Assembly (NCBI GenBank): GCA_963764455.1
Contig: CAVXSN010000019.1
Location: forward strand, 3,369 to 67,368
Source: Ilumatobacteraceae bacterium
Lineage (GTDB): Bacteria > Actinomycetota > Acidimicrobiia > Acidimicrobiales > Ilumatobacteraceae
Length of the DNA stretch: 64,000 bases
Direction: 5' to 3'
The position numbers and the translations under genes were made by a program. Below are positions 33,472 through 43,539 of this stretch, one piece after another; position 1 is the stretch's first letter, and the number at the start of each line of letters is the position of its first letter. Under the pieces are notes generated by a model, which had not been told where the DNA came from, searched no databases, and was given only the letters and a program-made list of their open reading frames with translations.

Positions 33472-33881
33472 GCGGCGACGAGCATCCTGGAGCACGCACG
33501 CAGGCACGACCCGCGAATTGCCCATGTCGTCGCGGCCCGCGTGACCGCGATCTCTCGCGGCGCAGGAAACGTCTCGACGATGCGGAGCGCCGCTCCCCCA
33601 GTCGTCGAACCGACGACCAGCTCGACCGTCGACGTTGCGTCCTCGTCGCCGCTCGGCCACCAGACGAAACACACCCGCTCGCCCTCGACGACTTCCGTGA
33701 CCCTGACACCGCGTTCGATGTCCCCGTCGGTGACCGTCCCCTCGGCGCCGGGCTCGACGACGACGTCAGCTTCGTCGACCATCCACTCGACCCAGCCGTT
33801 GCCGTCGCCGACGAGGTACCAAACGTCCTCCCCGGACAGCTCCAGGTCGACATTGCGGGTCACGACGGTGGTGTCATCCAT
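33468..33881 (-). CDS. SRPBCC (AHSA1/START-like) domain protein
   Basis: VTRNVDLELSGEDVW...W, VTEVVEGERVCFVWW, STVEL, LRIVET pattern. Confidence 0.82.
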   Translation of the reverse strand: MDDTTVVTRNVDLELSGEDVWYLVGDGNGWVEWMVDEADVVVEPGAEGTVTDGDIERGVRVTEVVEGERVCFVWWPSGDEDATSTVELVVGSTTGGAALRIVETFPAPREIAVTRAATTWAIRGSCLRACSRMLVAA

Positions 33882-33897
33882 GGATTCGAATCATAGC

Positions 33898-33913
33898 GCA
33901 ACCCAATGGTTGC
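33898..33913. promoter_or_regulatory. Operator 1: GCAACC-CAAT-GGTTGC
   Basis: Palindrome just upstream of the minus-strand -10 TATGAT (33890-33895) and overlapping the predicted clpP -35 TTGCAC (33910-33915). Confidence 0.72.
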
Positions 33914-33940
33914 ACGTCGCATGCCGGTCGTCTATCGTCA

Positions 33941-33962
33941 TGTGCAACTCATGAGTTGCACA
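33941..33962. promoter_or_regulatory. Operator 2: perfect 22-bp palindrome TGTGCAACTCATGAGTTGCACA
   Basis: Same GCAAC-N6-GTTGC core; immediately downstream of the predicted -10 TATCGT (33933-33938) of clpP. Confidence 0.78.
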
Positions 33963-33989
33963 AACCATGTACTCGACAAGGAGGCATCC

Positions 33990-34598
33990 ATGCTCGTCCC
34001 GACCGTCATCGAATCGAGCCCCCGCGGCGAGCGGGCATACGACATCTACTCCCGCCTGCTCGCCAACCGGATCGTGTTCCTCGGGACCGCGATCGACGAC
34101 AACGTTGCGAACCTCGTCGTCGCGCAGCTGATCCATCTCGAATCCGAGAACCCCGATCAGGACATCTCGCTCTACATCAACTCTCCGGGGGGCGACATGA
34201 CCGGACTGTTCGCGATCCACGACACGATGCAGTACATCGCCCCGGACGTCGCGACCATCTGCGTCGGTCAGGCGTGCTCGGCCGGCGCAGTTCTCCTCGC
34301 GGCCGGCGCCCCCGGAAAACGATCGGCACTCCCGAACGCCAGGGTGCTGATCCACCAGCCGCACGGCGGTGCGCAGGGCCAGACCGTCGACATGGAGTTG
34401 GCGGTCAAGGAGATGGTCGAGATCCGCGAGCGGATGGTCGACATCCTCGTCAAGGCCACCGGCCAGCCGCGCGAGCGGGTCGCCGCCGACATCGACCGCG
34501 ACTACACCGTCCGCGGCGAGGACGCCGTCGCCTACGGCCTCGTCGACCACGTCATCGAACGCCGCCAGCTCGCCCTCCCGTCGGTCGCCGCGGCCTGA
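33990..34598 (+). CDS. clpP: Clp protease proteolytic subunit (stand-alone paralog)
   Basis: [19 protein letters not shown], triad Ser (QACSAG), His (IHQP), Asp (DRD); RBS AAGGAGG. Confidence 0.96.
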   Translation: MLVPTVIESSPRGERAYDIYSRLLANRIVFLGTAIDDNVANLVVAQLIHLESENPDQDISLYINSPGGDMTGLFAIHDTMQYIAPDVATICVGQACSAGAVLLAAGAPGKRSALPNARVLIHQPHGGAQGQTVDMELAVKEMVEIRERMVDILVKATGQPRERVAADIDRDYTVRGEDAVAYGLVDHVIERRQLALPSVAAA

Positions 34599-34642
34599 GC
34601 CGGCAGGTGGTGCCGTCACGGGCTGGCGACCCGGCCCCCATC

Positions 34643-35674
34643 TCAGCCGAACAGACCCGGCTGGTCGCCACGTCGCTTCGGCACCGCGAGGCCGAGGTGC
34701 TCGTAGGCCGCGGGCATGGCCACCCGTCCTCTCGGCGTGCGGGCGATCAGGCCTTGCTGGATGAGGAACGGCTCGTACACGTCCTCCACGGTCTCCTGCT
34801 GCTCGCCGACCGAGATCGCCAGCGTGGACAGACCGACCGGTCCACCGCGGAACTGCTGGCACAGCGCCGACAGCACCGCACGGTCGACCTTGTCGAGCCC
34901 GAGGTGGTCGACGCCGAAGACGGACAAACCCTGCTCGGCCGTGATGGCGTCGATCGTGCCGTCACCGCGCACCTCGGCGAAGTCGCGGACCCTGCGCAGC
35001 AAGCGGTTGGCGATCCGCGGCGTGCCCCGCGACCGCTTGGCGATCTCCCACGCCCCAGGCTGGTCGATCGTGACGCCGAGGATCCCGGCGGCCCGCATCG
35101 CGATCGCCTCGAGCTCGTCGGCGTCGTAGTAGTCGAGCCGGGCGACGAGACCGAACCGGTCGCGTAGCGGCCCGGTGATCATGCCGGTACGGGTCGTCGC
35201 CCCGACGAGTGTGAACGGCGGCAGCGTCAACCGGATGCTCGATGCCGCCGGTCCCTTGCCGACGACGATGTCGAGCTGGAAGTCCTCCATCGCGGGATAC
35301 AGGATCTCCTCGACGGTCCGCGACAGCCGGTGGATCTCGTCGATGAACAACACGTCGCGCTCGCCGAGCTTGGTGAGGATCGCCGCGAGGTCGCCGGCTC
35401 GCTCCAGCGCCGGGCCCGACGTGATGTGCAGCTGGACGTCCATCTCGGCGGCGACGATGCCGGCCAACGTGGTCTTGCCGAGTCCCGGCGGTCCGGCGAA
35501 CAGCAGGTGGTCGACGGCTTGGTCGCGCCGCCGAGCCGCCTCGAGCACGATGCCGAGATGCTCCTTCAGCTCGCGCTGACCGATGAACTCATCGAGGTGC
35601 CTGGGACGAAGCCCGGCCTCGACGACCTCCTCGACGTCGTCGCCGACCCCAGGCTCGAGAAACTCGTCACGCAC
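34643..35674 (-). CDS. ruvB: Holliday junction branch migration helicase RuvB
   Basis: [53 protein letters not shown]. Confidence 0.98.
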   Translation of the reverse strand: MRDEFLEPGVGDDVEEVVEAGLRPRHLDEFIGQRELKEHLGIVLEAARRRDQAVDHLLFAGPPGLGKTTLAGIVAAEMDVQLHITSGPALERAGDLAAILTKLGERDVLFIDEIHRLSRTVEEILYPAMEDFQLDIVVGKGPAASSIRLTLPPFTLVGATTRTGMITGPLRDRFGLVARLDYYDADELEAIAMRAAGILGVTIDQPGAWEIAKRSRGTPRIANRLLRRVRDFAEVRGDGTIDAITAEQGLSVFGVDHLGLDKVDRAVLSALCQQFRGGPVGLSTLAISVGEQQETVEDVYEPFLIQQGLIARTPRGRVAMPAAYEHLGLAVPKRRGDQPGLFG

Positions 35675-36266
35675 GCTTGGCCCCGAGCAGCTTCAACGCG
35701 TCGCGGAGCATCGTCGCCGCGTCACCGTCGCTGGGAATCTCCCGGACCGTCTCCCGGATCTCCTCGGGGGCGTAGCCGAGGCCCGCCAGCGCCTCCCGCA
35801 CGGTGCCGATGACCGACGATCCGTTCGCTCCGCCGGTGCCGACGGGATCACCGTCGAGTACGGGGATCGACAGCCTGTTCTTCAACTCGACGAGCAACCG
35901 CTCGGCTGTCTTCGGCCCGACGCCTGGCACCATCGTGAGCGCCGCTTTGTCGCCGTTCGCCACGACGTCGACGAGCGCCGCCGGCGGGTACGTGCTCAGG
36001 ATCGCCATCGCCATCGCCGGGCCGACGCCGTGGGTGGCGATCAGGTCCTTGAACGTGGTCCGTTCGTCGCGGGTGAGAAAGCCGTACAGCGTCTGGTCGT
36101 CCTCGCGAATGTGGTGGTGGATGTACAGGAACGTCCTCGTCGTCGGTTCCAACTCGCCGAGTGCCTTCGCCGACACCGTGACGAGGTACCCGACCCCGCC
36201 GACGTCGACGAGCACCGACCCGTCGACCCCTCGCTCGAGGACCTCGCCGCGCAGCGAGCCGATCAT
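35667..36266 (-). CDS. ruvA: Holliday junction DNA-binding protein RuvA
   Basis: [36 protein letters not shown]. Confidence 0.97.
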   Translation of the reverse strand: MIGSLRGEVLERGVDGSVLVDVGGVGYLVTVSAKALGELEPTTRTFLYIHHHIREDDQTLYGFLTRDERTTFKDLIATHGVGPAMAMAILSTYPPAALVDVVANGDKAALTMVPGVGPKTAERLLVELKNRLSIPVLDGDPVGTGGANGSSVIGTVREALAGLGYAPEEIRETVREIPSDGDAATMLRDALKLLGAKRA

Positions 36267-36793
36267 CGCCGGCCCTCAGCTCGCGCGACCGACTGTCGCA
36301 TCGGGGCGCTCGCCAGGTGGCACAGGGCGAGCGCCGCGGCGTCGGCCGCGTCCGCCGGTTGTGGTGGCCGGTCGAGTCCGAGGCGCAGTTGCACCATCTT
36401 CTGCACTTGCGCCTTGGGCGCGGCACCCCAACCGGCGATCGCGTCCTTCACCTGGTTCGGGGTGTACTGGACGACCTCGCATCCGGCTCGCGCAGCCTCG
36501 GCCAGCGCCAGCCCGCTCGCCTGACCGACGCTCATCGCGGTGCGCACGTTGACCTGGAAGAAGACGTGCTCGACCGCAACCGCGTCCGGCCGGAACTCGT
36601 CGACGAGCGCCGCCAGCTCGCGCTGCAGCGACGCCAACCGTCCCGGCAGCCGGTCCGCCGGCGGGGTCCGGATGACGCCCATCGCCACGGCCACCACCCG
36701 GCCTGGCGCTCCGTCGAGCACCGCGTAGCCGCACCGCGTGAGCCCGGGATCGATGCCGAGCACGCGGACAGGCGAACGGTCACCAGCGAACAC
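36263..36793 (-). CDS. ruvC: Crossover junction endodeoxyribonuclease RuvC
   Basis: VLGIDPGLTRCGY, AVE, YTPNQVK, DAADAAALALCH. Confidence 0.97.
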   Translation of the reverse strand: MFAGDRSPVRVLGIDPGLTRCGYAVLDGAPGRVVAVAMGVIRTPPADRLPGRLASLQRELAALVDEFRPDAVAVEHVFFQVNVRTAMSVGQASGLALAEAARAGCEVVQYTPNQVKDAIAGWGAAPKAQVQKMVQLRLGLDRPPQPADAADAAALALCHLASAPMRQSVARAEGRR

Positions 36794-36800
36794 AGGTTCG
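36787..36800. promoter_or_regulatory. LexA (SOS) box overlapping the ruvC start
   Basis: CGAAC-ACAG-GTTCG matches the actinobacterial/Gram-positive consensus; -10 TACATT just upstream on the minus strand. Confidence 0.85.
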
Positions 36801-36857
36801 TAATGTAGTCGGACGGTCCACGCGCCGCGTGGACCTCTCGCTGAATCAGGCCGATCG

Positions 36858-37325
36858 CTACGTCAGGCCAGCGAGCACGGCGACGAGCTCGCTCGCCGGC
36901 CGGTACGTGAGTCCGGCGATCGCCCGGTGGGCGTAGCGGATGAAACCCCCGCCGTCGACTATGAACACGCTGCGCCGGGGGAAGCCGATCGGACCGAGCG
37001 TGCCGTACTCCCTGGCCACCGCCTTGTCGGTGTCGGCGAGCAGCGGAAACTTGAACCCGTACTTCGACGCGAAGCGCTCGTGGCTGTCGAGATCCTGCGA
37101 CGAGATGCCCAGGATCTGGGCGTCGAGGTCATTGAACGCGTCCATGCCGTCGTTGTAGTCGTTGAGCTGCTTCGTGCACACCGACGTGTCGTCACCGGGA
37201 TAGAACGCGATCACCACCGGCTTGCCGGCGAAGTCGGACAGCGAGTAGTCACGCACCCCTCCGCCTCCGGGAGTAGTGCCAGGCAACCTGAACGGCGGGG
37301 CCTTGTCGCCCACACCAACCGTCAT
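36858..37325 (-). CDS. bcp: Peroxiredoxin (BCP type)
   Basis: FYPGDDTSVCTKQL, GISSQD, FPLLAD, RSVFIVD. Confidence 0.88.
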   Translation of the reverse strand: MTVGVGDKAPPFRLPGTTPGGGGVRDYSLSDFAGKPVVIAFYPGDDTSVCTKQLNDYNDGMDAFNDLDAQILGISSQDLDSHERFASKYGFKFPLLADTDKAVAREYGTLGPIGFPRRSVFIVDGGGFIRYAHRAIAGLTYRPASELVAVLAGLT

Positions 37326-37326
37326 C

Positions 37327-38082
37327 TCAGTTCGCCTCGACCAGTTCGTTCATCACCGATTCGGAGATGTCGAAGTTCGAGTAGACGTCCTGCACGTCGT
37401 CATTGTCCTCGAACGCTTCGACGATCCGCAATACCTTGCGGGCCTCCTCAGGGGACGCGAGCGGCACCAGGTTGTCGGACACGAGGGGCGTGTCAGCGCT
37501 CTCTATCGTGAACCCGGCGTCCTCGAGCGCTTGGCGTACGTCGTACACCGCCGACGGTTCGGTGGTGACGCTCCACGAGTCGCCGTCGCGGGCCACGTCG
37601 TCGGCGCCAGCCTCGATGGCCGCCATCATCAGCTCGTCCTCGTCGGCCGAACCGGCGACCTCGATCACGCCACGACGGGCGAATTGCCAGCTCACCGAGC
37701 CTGGCTCGGCCATCGATCCCCCGAGCTTGGTGAACACGCCACGGACGTCTGCACCGGTGCGGTTGCGGTTGTCCGTGAGCACCTCGATCAGCATCGCCAC
37801 CCCGCCGGGCGCGTAGCCCTCATACGTGATCGCCTCGTAGTTGCTGGCGTCACCCTCGCCCGTGCCGCGCTTGATCGCACGATCGATGGCGTCGTTCGTC
37901 ATCTGCGCACCCTTCGCCTTCTGCACGGCCGTGCGCAACGTCGGATTGGCATCGACATCGCCGCCACCGGCGCGGGCCGACACCTCGATCTGACGGGCGA
38001 GCTTGGCGAAGAGCTTGCCGCGGGCCTTGTCGGCGGCGCCCTTCCGGTGCTTGATCGTCGCCCACTTGGAGTGACCGGACAT
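37327..38082 (-). CDS. yebC: YebC/PmpR family protein
   Basis: MSGHSKWATIKHRKG, YEGY, TDNRNRT, DDVQDVYSN. Confidence 0.96.
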   Translation of the reverse strand: MSGHSKWATIKHRKGAADKARGKLFAKLARQIEVSARAGGGDVDANPTLRTAVQKAKGAQMTNDAIDRAIKRGTGEGDASNYEAITYEGYAPGGVAMLIEVLTDNRNRTGADVRGVFTKLGGSMAEPGSVSWQFARRGVIEVAGSADEDELMMAAIEAGADDVARDGDSWSVTTEPSAVYDVRQALEDAGFTIESADTPLVSDNLVPLASPEEARKVLRIVEAFEDNDDVQDVYSNFDISESVMNELVEAN

Positions 38083-38087
38083 GGCTG

Positions 38088-38669
38088 TCAATTCTCCTTC
38101 AGGTGCTCCACGAACAGCTCGTGGAGTCGCGTGTCGTTGGTGAGCTCGGGATGGAATGCCGCCGCCAGGACGTTGCCGCGACGGACGAGCACCGGGTCCT
38201 CGTCGTGACGGGCGAGGACGTCGACATCGGGGCCAACCGACTCGACGCGCGGAGCCCGGATGAACACGCCGTGGAACGGCATGGCGAACCCCTCGATCGA
38301 CAGGTCGGTCTCGAAGCTGTTGATCTGGCGACCGTAGCCATTTCGGCGCACGGTGATGTCGAGGGCCCGGAACGACTTCTGGTCGGCGCGCCCGTCGAGG
38401 ATCGTGTCGGCGAGCAGGATCATCCCGGCGCAGGTGCCGAACACCGGCATGTGTTCAGCGATGCGCCCGGCAATCGGCGCGTACAGCCTGCTCGTGGCCA
38501 GCAGGTTCGACATCGTCGTCGACTCGCCGCCCGGCATCACCAGGGCGTCGACAGACTCCAGCTGCGTGGGACTGCGGACCTCGGCGACGTGGGCGCCGAT
38601 CGTCAGCAGGCGCTCAGCGTGAGCGCGGAATGCCCCCTGCAGCGCGAGTACCCCGATGGTAGGAGCCAC
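38088..38669 (-). CDS. pdxT: PLP synthase glutaminase subunit
   Basis: GVLALQG, PGGESTT, GTCAGMILL, RNGYGRQ, FIRAP, FHPEL. Confidence 0.97.
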   Translation of the reverse strand: MAPTIGVLALQGAFRAHAERLLTIGAHVAEVRSPTQLESVDALVMPGGESTTMSNLLATSRLYAPIAGRIAEHMPVFGTCAGMILLADTILDGRADQKSFRALDITVRRNGYGRQINSFETDLSIEGFAMPFHGVFIRAPRVESVGPDVDVLARHDEDPVLVRRGNVLAAAFHPELTNDTRLHELFVEHLKEN

Positions 38670-38703
38670 CTGGAGGCTCCGTCACGCAGACCGACATCGC
38701 TGC

Positions 38704-39616
38704 TCACCAGCCCCGCTCGGCGTAGCGCTGGTCGATCTCGTCCATGCCGATTCCGGTCATCGGGGCGCCGAGGCCGCGACTGACCTTGGCGAGGATCGCC
38801 GGGTCGCGGGAGTGGGTGGTCGCCTCGACGATCGCCTTGGCCCGCGGCGAGGGATCATCGCTCTTGAAGATGCCGGAGCCGACGAACACGGCCTGGGCGC
38901 CGAGCTGCATCGCCAGTGCGGCGTCGGCCGGGGTGGCGATGCCGCCGGCGCAGAACAACGGCACCGGCAGCGCACCGGTCTCGGCGATCTCCTGCACGAG
39001 TGGCAGCGGGGCCTGGAGCTGCTTGGCCCAGTCGAACAGCTCGGCCGAGTCGGCCTGGCCGACCTTGCGGATGTCGCCGAGGATCGAGCGCAGGTGGCGG
39101 ACGGCCTCGACGATGTTGCCGGTGCCGGCCTCGCCCTTCGATCGGATCATTGCGGCCCCTTCGGCGATCCGGCGCAACGCCTCGCCGAGGTTCGTGGCGC
39201 CGCAGACGAACGGAACGTCGAACGCCCACTTGTCGATGTGGTGCGCCTCGTCGGCCGGCGTGAGCACTTCGGACTCGTCGACGAAGTCGACGCCGAGGGC
39301 TTCGAGGATCTGGGCCTCGACGAAGTGGCCGATGCGGGCCTTGGCCATCACCGGGATCGACACTGCGGCCTTGATCCCCTCGATCATCTCGGGGTCGCTC
39401 ATGCCGCGCCACGCCACCGTCGCGGCGGATGTCGGCGGGGACCCGCTCGAGCGCCATGACCGCGCACGCCCCGGCGTCCTCGGCCACCTTGGCGTGGTCG
39501 GGCGTGACGACATCCATGATCACGCCGCCCTTGAGCATCTCGGCCAAGCCGCGCTTGACCGGAAAGGAACCGGTTGTCGATCTGCCGGAGCTCGTGGCCC
39601 CTTCATCGGACGTCAC
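38704..39616 (-). CDS. pdxS: PLP synthase lyase subunit (one indel)
   Basis: [56 protein letters not shown]. Confidence 0.97.
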
Positions 39617-39687
39617 GGGAACAAGCGTACCGACGCGCCCCGCCACCCAGGCAGGAGGTATGGCCACCAGCCTGGCGTGGCTTACCG

Positions 39688-39734
39688 TTCATGTCACGAT
39701 TCACGACGCCATACGTCGCGCATCGTGACGTGAA
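39688..39734. terminator. Stem-loop downstream of the DUF3048 gene
   Basis: TTCATGTCACGAT...ATCGTGACGTGAA with inner CGACG/CGTCG. Confidence 0.5.
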
Positions 39735-39741
39735 TCGGGGT

Positions 39742-40714
39742 TCAGGCGTCGGTGAGCTCGTAGGCGGCGCCGTCGACGAGCTCGACGAACGTGCGGCCCG
39801 GCTGCAGCAGAATCGGCTGACCGCCGGTGGTCAGGGTGTACGGGTCGGCCGCCGTCGGTCGACTCCACTGGCCCTCGATCTTGTGCCCGTGCGCGTACAC
39901 GACGACGTCACCCCCGCCTACGGTCACGGCCTCCGGCCCGCCGAACGGACTGGTGCCGTACCCGGTGAGCAGTACCACCACGTTGTTCGTACTGACTTGG
40001 CCGGTTGTGGTCTCGTGGGCATCTCCGAGCTGCGAACGCAGGAACAGGCCCTGCTCGGCGTCGTAGGTCCAGTTGATGGGGTAGGACCCGATCTGCAGGT
40101 CGATGGTCGAGACCGCCGGGCCGGGGAGCTCAGCGCCGATCTCCGTGTACTCGAAGATCGGCACGGCATTGCCGGACTCACCGCCGCTCGCCCAGAGTGT
40201 GCTGGTGTCGGCGAACAGGTTGTGCGGGCTGCCGTGATAGGTGCTGTCTCGGTGCATGCTCGGCGCGCTCTGGTCGAGCAGGGTCATGCCGGTCTGCTGC
40301 AGCGCGGCGGTCACACCGGAGTTGCCGCCGGACCAGACGAAGATCGGATCGTTCAGGTTCGCCGCGATGTCGATGTCCTGGGTACGGCCCGACCGGATCG
40401 GACCGACCGGATCGGAGTCCTGGGAGTTGAAGACCGCGGCGAAGCGGGTCGCCCGGCCTTCGACGATCTCTTCGAACACGATGTCGGCCTCGTTCAGCCC
40501 GGACTGCGGTTCGGCGCTCACGTTGTCGATCTTGACGACCATCGCTGGTCGGGGCGTGAACGTACGCCCCGATCGGCAAGCCGGTGAGCGGGTACCGCTC
40601 GGCTTGGTCGGGTGGCGTCGTGGCCGATACCTGGACGGCACCAGCAGTGGCGGCGATCCCGCAGGCAAGCGCGAGCGCGGCCGCGCGGGTGAGGGGGCGG
40701 AGGGTACTGGTCAT
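39742..40714 (-). CDS. DUF3048 domain secreted protein, frameshifted
   Basis: PLTGLP, VKIDN, PQSGLNEADIVFEEIVEG.ATRF, GPIRSGR, PHNL. Confidence 0.88.
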
Positions 40715-40717
40715 GTT

Positions 40718-41623
40718 CTACAGCTCTTTCAGCAGTGCAATCCGCTCGTCGAGCGGCGGATGCGTGTCAAACAGTCGATGTATCGACCCTAGACGCCCCG
40801 AATCGCCGACGCCCGACATCGGCTGCTCGATCCACAAGTGGGCGGTCGCGGTGCTCGCCGAATGCGTGACCGTGGTGTCGGCCTTCAGCTTCTCCAGCGC
40901 CGAGATCAGCCCCGGCGGGTACCTCGTGAGCTGGCAGGCCGAGATGTCAGCCAGCGTTTCCCGCTTGCGCGAGATCGTCGCCTGCATCCCCTTGGCGATG
41001 ATCGGCGCGAGGATCAGCAGGACGAACCCGAGGATCGCGAGCGGATTGCCGCCCGAATCGTGGTCGCCCTCGCGCCGGTCGCGGCCGCCGTTCCACCAGA
41101 GCATCCGGATCGCGACATCGGTCACGATCGCGACCGCGCCGACCAGCGTCACCGCGAGCGTCGAAACGAGGATGTCGTAGTTCTTGATGTGCGAGAGCTC
41201 GTGGGCGATCACCCCCTCGAGCTCGACCCGGTTGAGCTTCTCGAGCAGGCCGGTGGTCACGGCGATCGCCGCGTGCTGCGGGTTGCGCCCGGTGGCGAAC
41301 GCGTTCGGCGCCGGGTCGTCGACGACGTAGACGCCCGGTTGCGGGAGGCCGCCGGCGATGCACAGGCCTTCGACGAGGTTGTACAAGCGGCGGTACTGCT
41401 CGGGGTCGGCAGGATGGGCCCGCGACACCGCGAGCGCGATCTTGTCGGCCTTCCAGTAGGACAGGAACGCCATCCCGCCCGCGAACACGAGCGCGATCGC
41501 CATGCCCCACGGCCCGAAGCCGGTGACGTAGCCGGCGGCGAGACCGATGAGCACCGCAACGAGCGCAAAGCCGAAGACCAGCCCGACCGACCGCCGCTTG
41601 TTCGATCGAATCAGTTCGAACAT
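40718..41623 (-). CDS. htpX: M48 zinc metalloprotease HtpX
   Basis: PNAFATG, AHELSH, SRKRE..AD, THPP..ERI. Confidence 0.93.
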   Translation of the reverse strand: MFELIRSNKRRSVGLVFGFALVAVLIGLAAGYVTGFGPWGMAIALVFAGGMAFLSYWKADKIALAVSRAHPADPEQYRRLYNLVEGLCIAGGLPQPGVYVVDDPAPNAFATGRNPQHAAIAVTTGLLEKLNRVELEGVIAHELSHIKNYDILVSTLAVTLVGAVAIVTDVAIRMLWWNGGRDRREGDHDSGGNPLAILGFVLLILAPIIAKGMQATISRKRETLADISACQLTRYPPGLISALEKLKADTTVTHSASTATAHLWIEQPMSGVGDSGRLGSIHRLFDTHPPLDERIALLKEL

Positions 41624-41660
41624 GTGTGGTGTTCAGTTTCCGAAGTCGGACGGGCCGACG

Positions 41661-42215
41661 TCAGAAGCTGATTTCGGGCGCGGTGCGAGCGGCCTCGTCG
41701 GCCTCGAAGTACTCGCGGCGCTCGAACTTGAGCGCCCTGGCGTAGTACATCGTGGGGAACTGCTCGAGCTTGTTGTTGTATTCGAGGACGCTGTCGTTGT
41801 AGAACTGCCGGGCGTAGGCAACCCGGCCCTCGGTGGCGGTGAGCTCCTCCTGCAGCTGCAGGAAGTTCTGGTTCGCCTTCAGGTCGGGGTAGGCCTCGCC
41901 GAGGGCGAAGATCGACTTCAGCGCCCCGGTGAGTTGGTTGTCGGCCTCGGCCTGGGCGTGAGGCGTGCTCGGCGCCTGCATCGCGGCGTTGCGGGCCTGG
42001 ATGACCCGCTCGAGGGTTTCCTTCTCGTGGGCGGCGTAGCCCTTGACGGTCTCGACCAGGTTCGGGATGAGATCGAGCCGGCGCTTGAGCTGCACGTCGA
42101 TCTGCGACCATGCGTTTTCGATCTGATTCCGCCGGCGGATCAGGCCGTTGTACGCGGCGATGAGGAAGATGACGATCGCGGCCACCACGGCCAGGATCAC
42201 GATGGGAACGATCAT
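41661..42215 (-). CDS. lemA: LemA family protein
   Basis: YNGL...AWSQIDVQLKRRLDLIPNLVETVKGY; EAYPDLKANQNF; ARQFYN. Confidence 0.96.
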   Translation of the reverse strand: MIVPIVILAVVAAIVIFLIAAYNGLIRRRNQIENAWSQIDVQLKRRLDLIPNLVETVKGYAAHEKETLERVIQARNAAMQAPSTPHAQAEADNQLTGALKSIFALGEAYPDLKANQNFLQLQEELTATEGRVAYARQFYNDSVLEYNNKLEQFPTMYYARALKFERREYFEADEAARTAPEISF

Positions 42216-42270
42216 GGTTGGCGAGTGTATGCCCGGTATCGCGGTCCACCGTGGGCAATGATCTCCGGTC

Positions 42271-43369
42271 GTGAACCTGGTTGCCGCCGCCGCGCTCTCG
42301 TTCACCGCGGCGGCCTCGATCCTCACGCCGACGACAACCGAGCCGTCCGAACCACCCCCACCACCGCCGGCGGCCTGGATCGCGTTCGACGATCTCATCA
42401 GGCGGTCGCTGCTACCTGGCAACCGGGCCGCGTCGGTTGCAGTCTCGATCGACGGCCGACTCGTCTACACCGGCGCGTTCGGCACCCGAACCGGCGATCC
42501 GGCCGATCCGGCAACGCCGACGGACCGGTTCCGAATCGCCAGCATCTCCAAGGTCATCACGGCCACGGTCGTGCTCCAGCTCGTCGACCGCGGCGATCTC
42601 GGCCTCGACGAGCCGGTCGGGCAGCGGCTGGCGGCGATCGCGAGCATCCTGCCGGGCGACGAGCGCGTGCCCATGATCACGGTCCGCCAACTGCTCTCCC
42701 ACACGTCCGGGTTCCCCGACTACCGCGGGCAGTTCTTCGGGGACCGGTTCCACTCATGCGAGGAAGCGGCCGCCTTCGGGCTCGCCCGGCCACTCGCCCA
42801 CCCGCCGGGCACCGAGCACGATTACAGCAACCTCAACTACTGCCTGCTCAGCCTGCTGATCGCCGATGTGACGCTCCAGCCGTACGAAGTCGCGGCGACG
42901 CAGATGCTCCTCGAACCGCTCGGGATCACCGGGATGCGCCTCGTGCGCACGATCGATCCGAACCCCGGCGAAGTCGTCCATCAGTCCGGCGCCGGCCGGA
43001 CGTACATGGAGTCGCTCGCCGGCGCCGGGGCGTGGGTGGCCACGCCCGCCGACATGGTGCAGATCCTCGACTCGCTCGATACGTCTGGGCCGGGGTGGCA
43101 CCCGCTTCCGCCTGAGCTCACGCTCCAGATGGTCGACCCGCCCGACGTCATCTATCCGGAACCCAACGAACGACGCTACGGGCTCGGCATCGTCGTCTGG
43201 CCGGACGGGACGTACGGTCACACCGGCACCGTCGAGAACACGCACACGATGCTCGTCCATCGCGCCGACGGCATCACGTGGTGCATCCTCGTCAGCGGCG
43301 ACCGCCCCGACTCGACCGAGTCACTGAGAGAGACGTTCGACCGCGCCCTCGCCGGCGCCGGCGATCTGA
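42271..43369 (+). CDS. Serine hydrolase (beta-lactamase/PBP class C-like)
   Basis: FRIASISK (SxxK), LLSHTSG, YSNLNY, GHTG; probable stop TGA near 43367 in a shifted frame. Confidence 0.88.
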
Positions 43370-43539
43370 GTCGTTCGAGTCGGCCTCGCCGGCCGACGAG
43401 CCTCCGAGTTTGCTCTGGTCGGACCGGGCCAAGCCGGATCCGACCAGGACCGAGGGGGATCGCGGAGCGCACACTTCGGACTCCCCCGACAGCCTTCGAG
43501 GGCGCCGCTCGGAGGGTGGCCGTCACTATGGTGCGTTGC

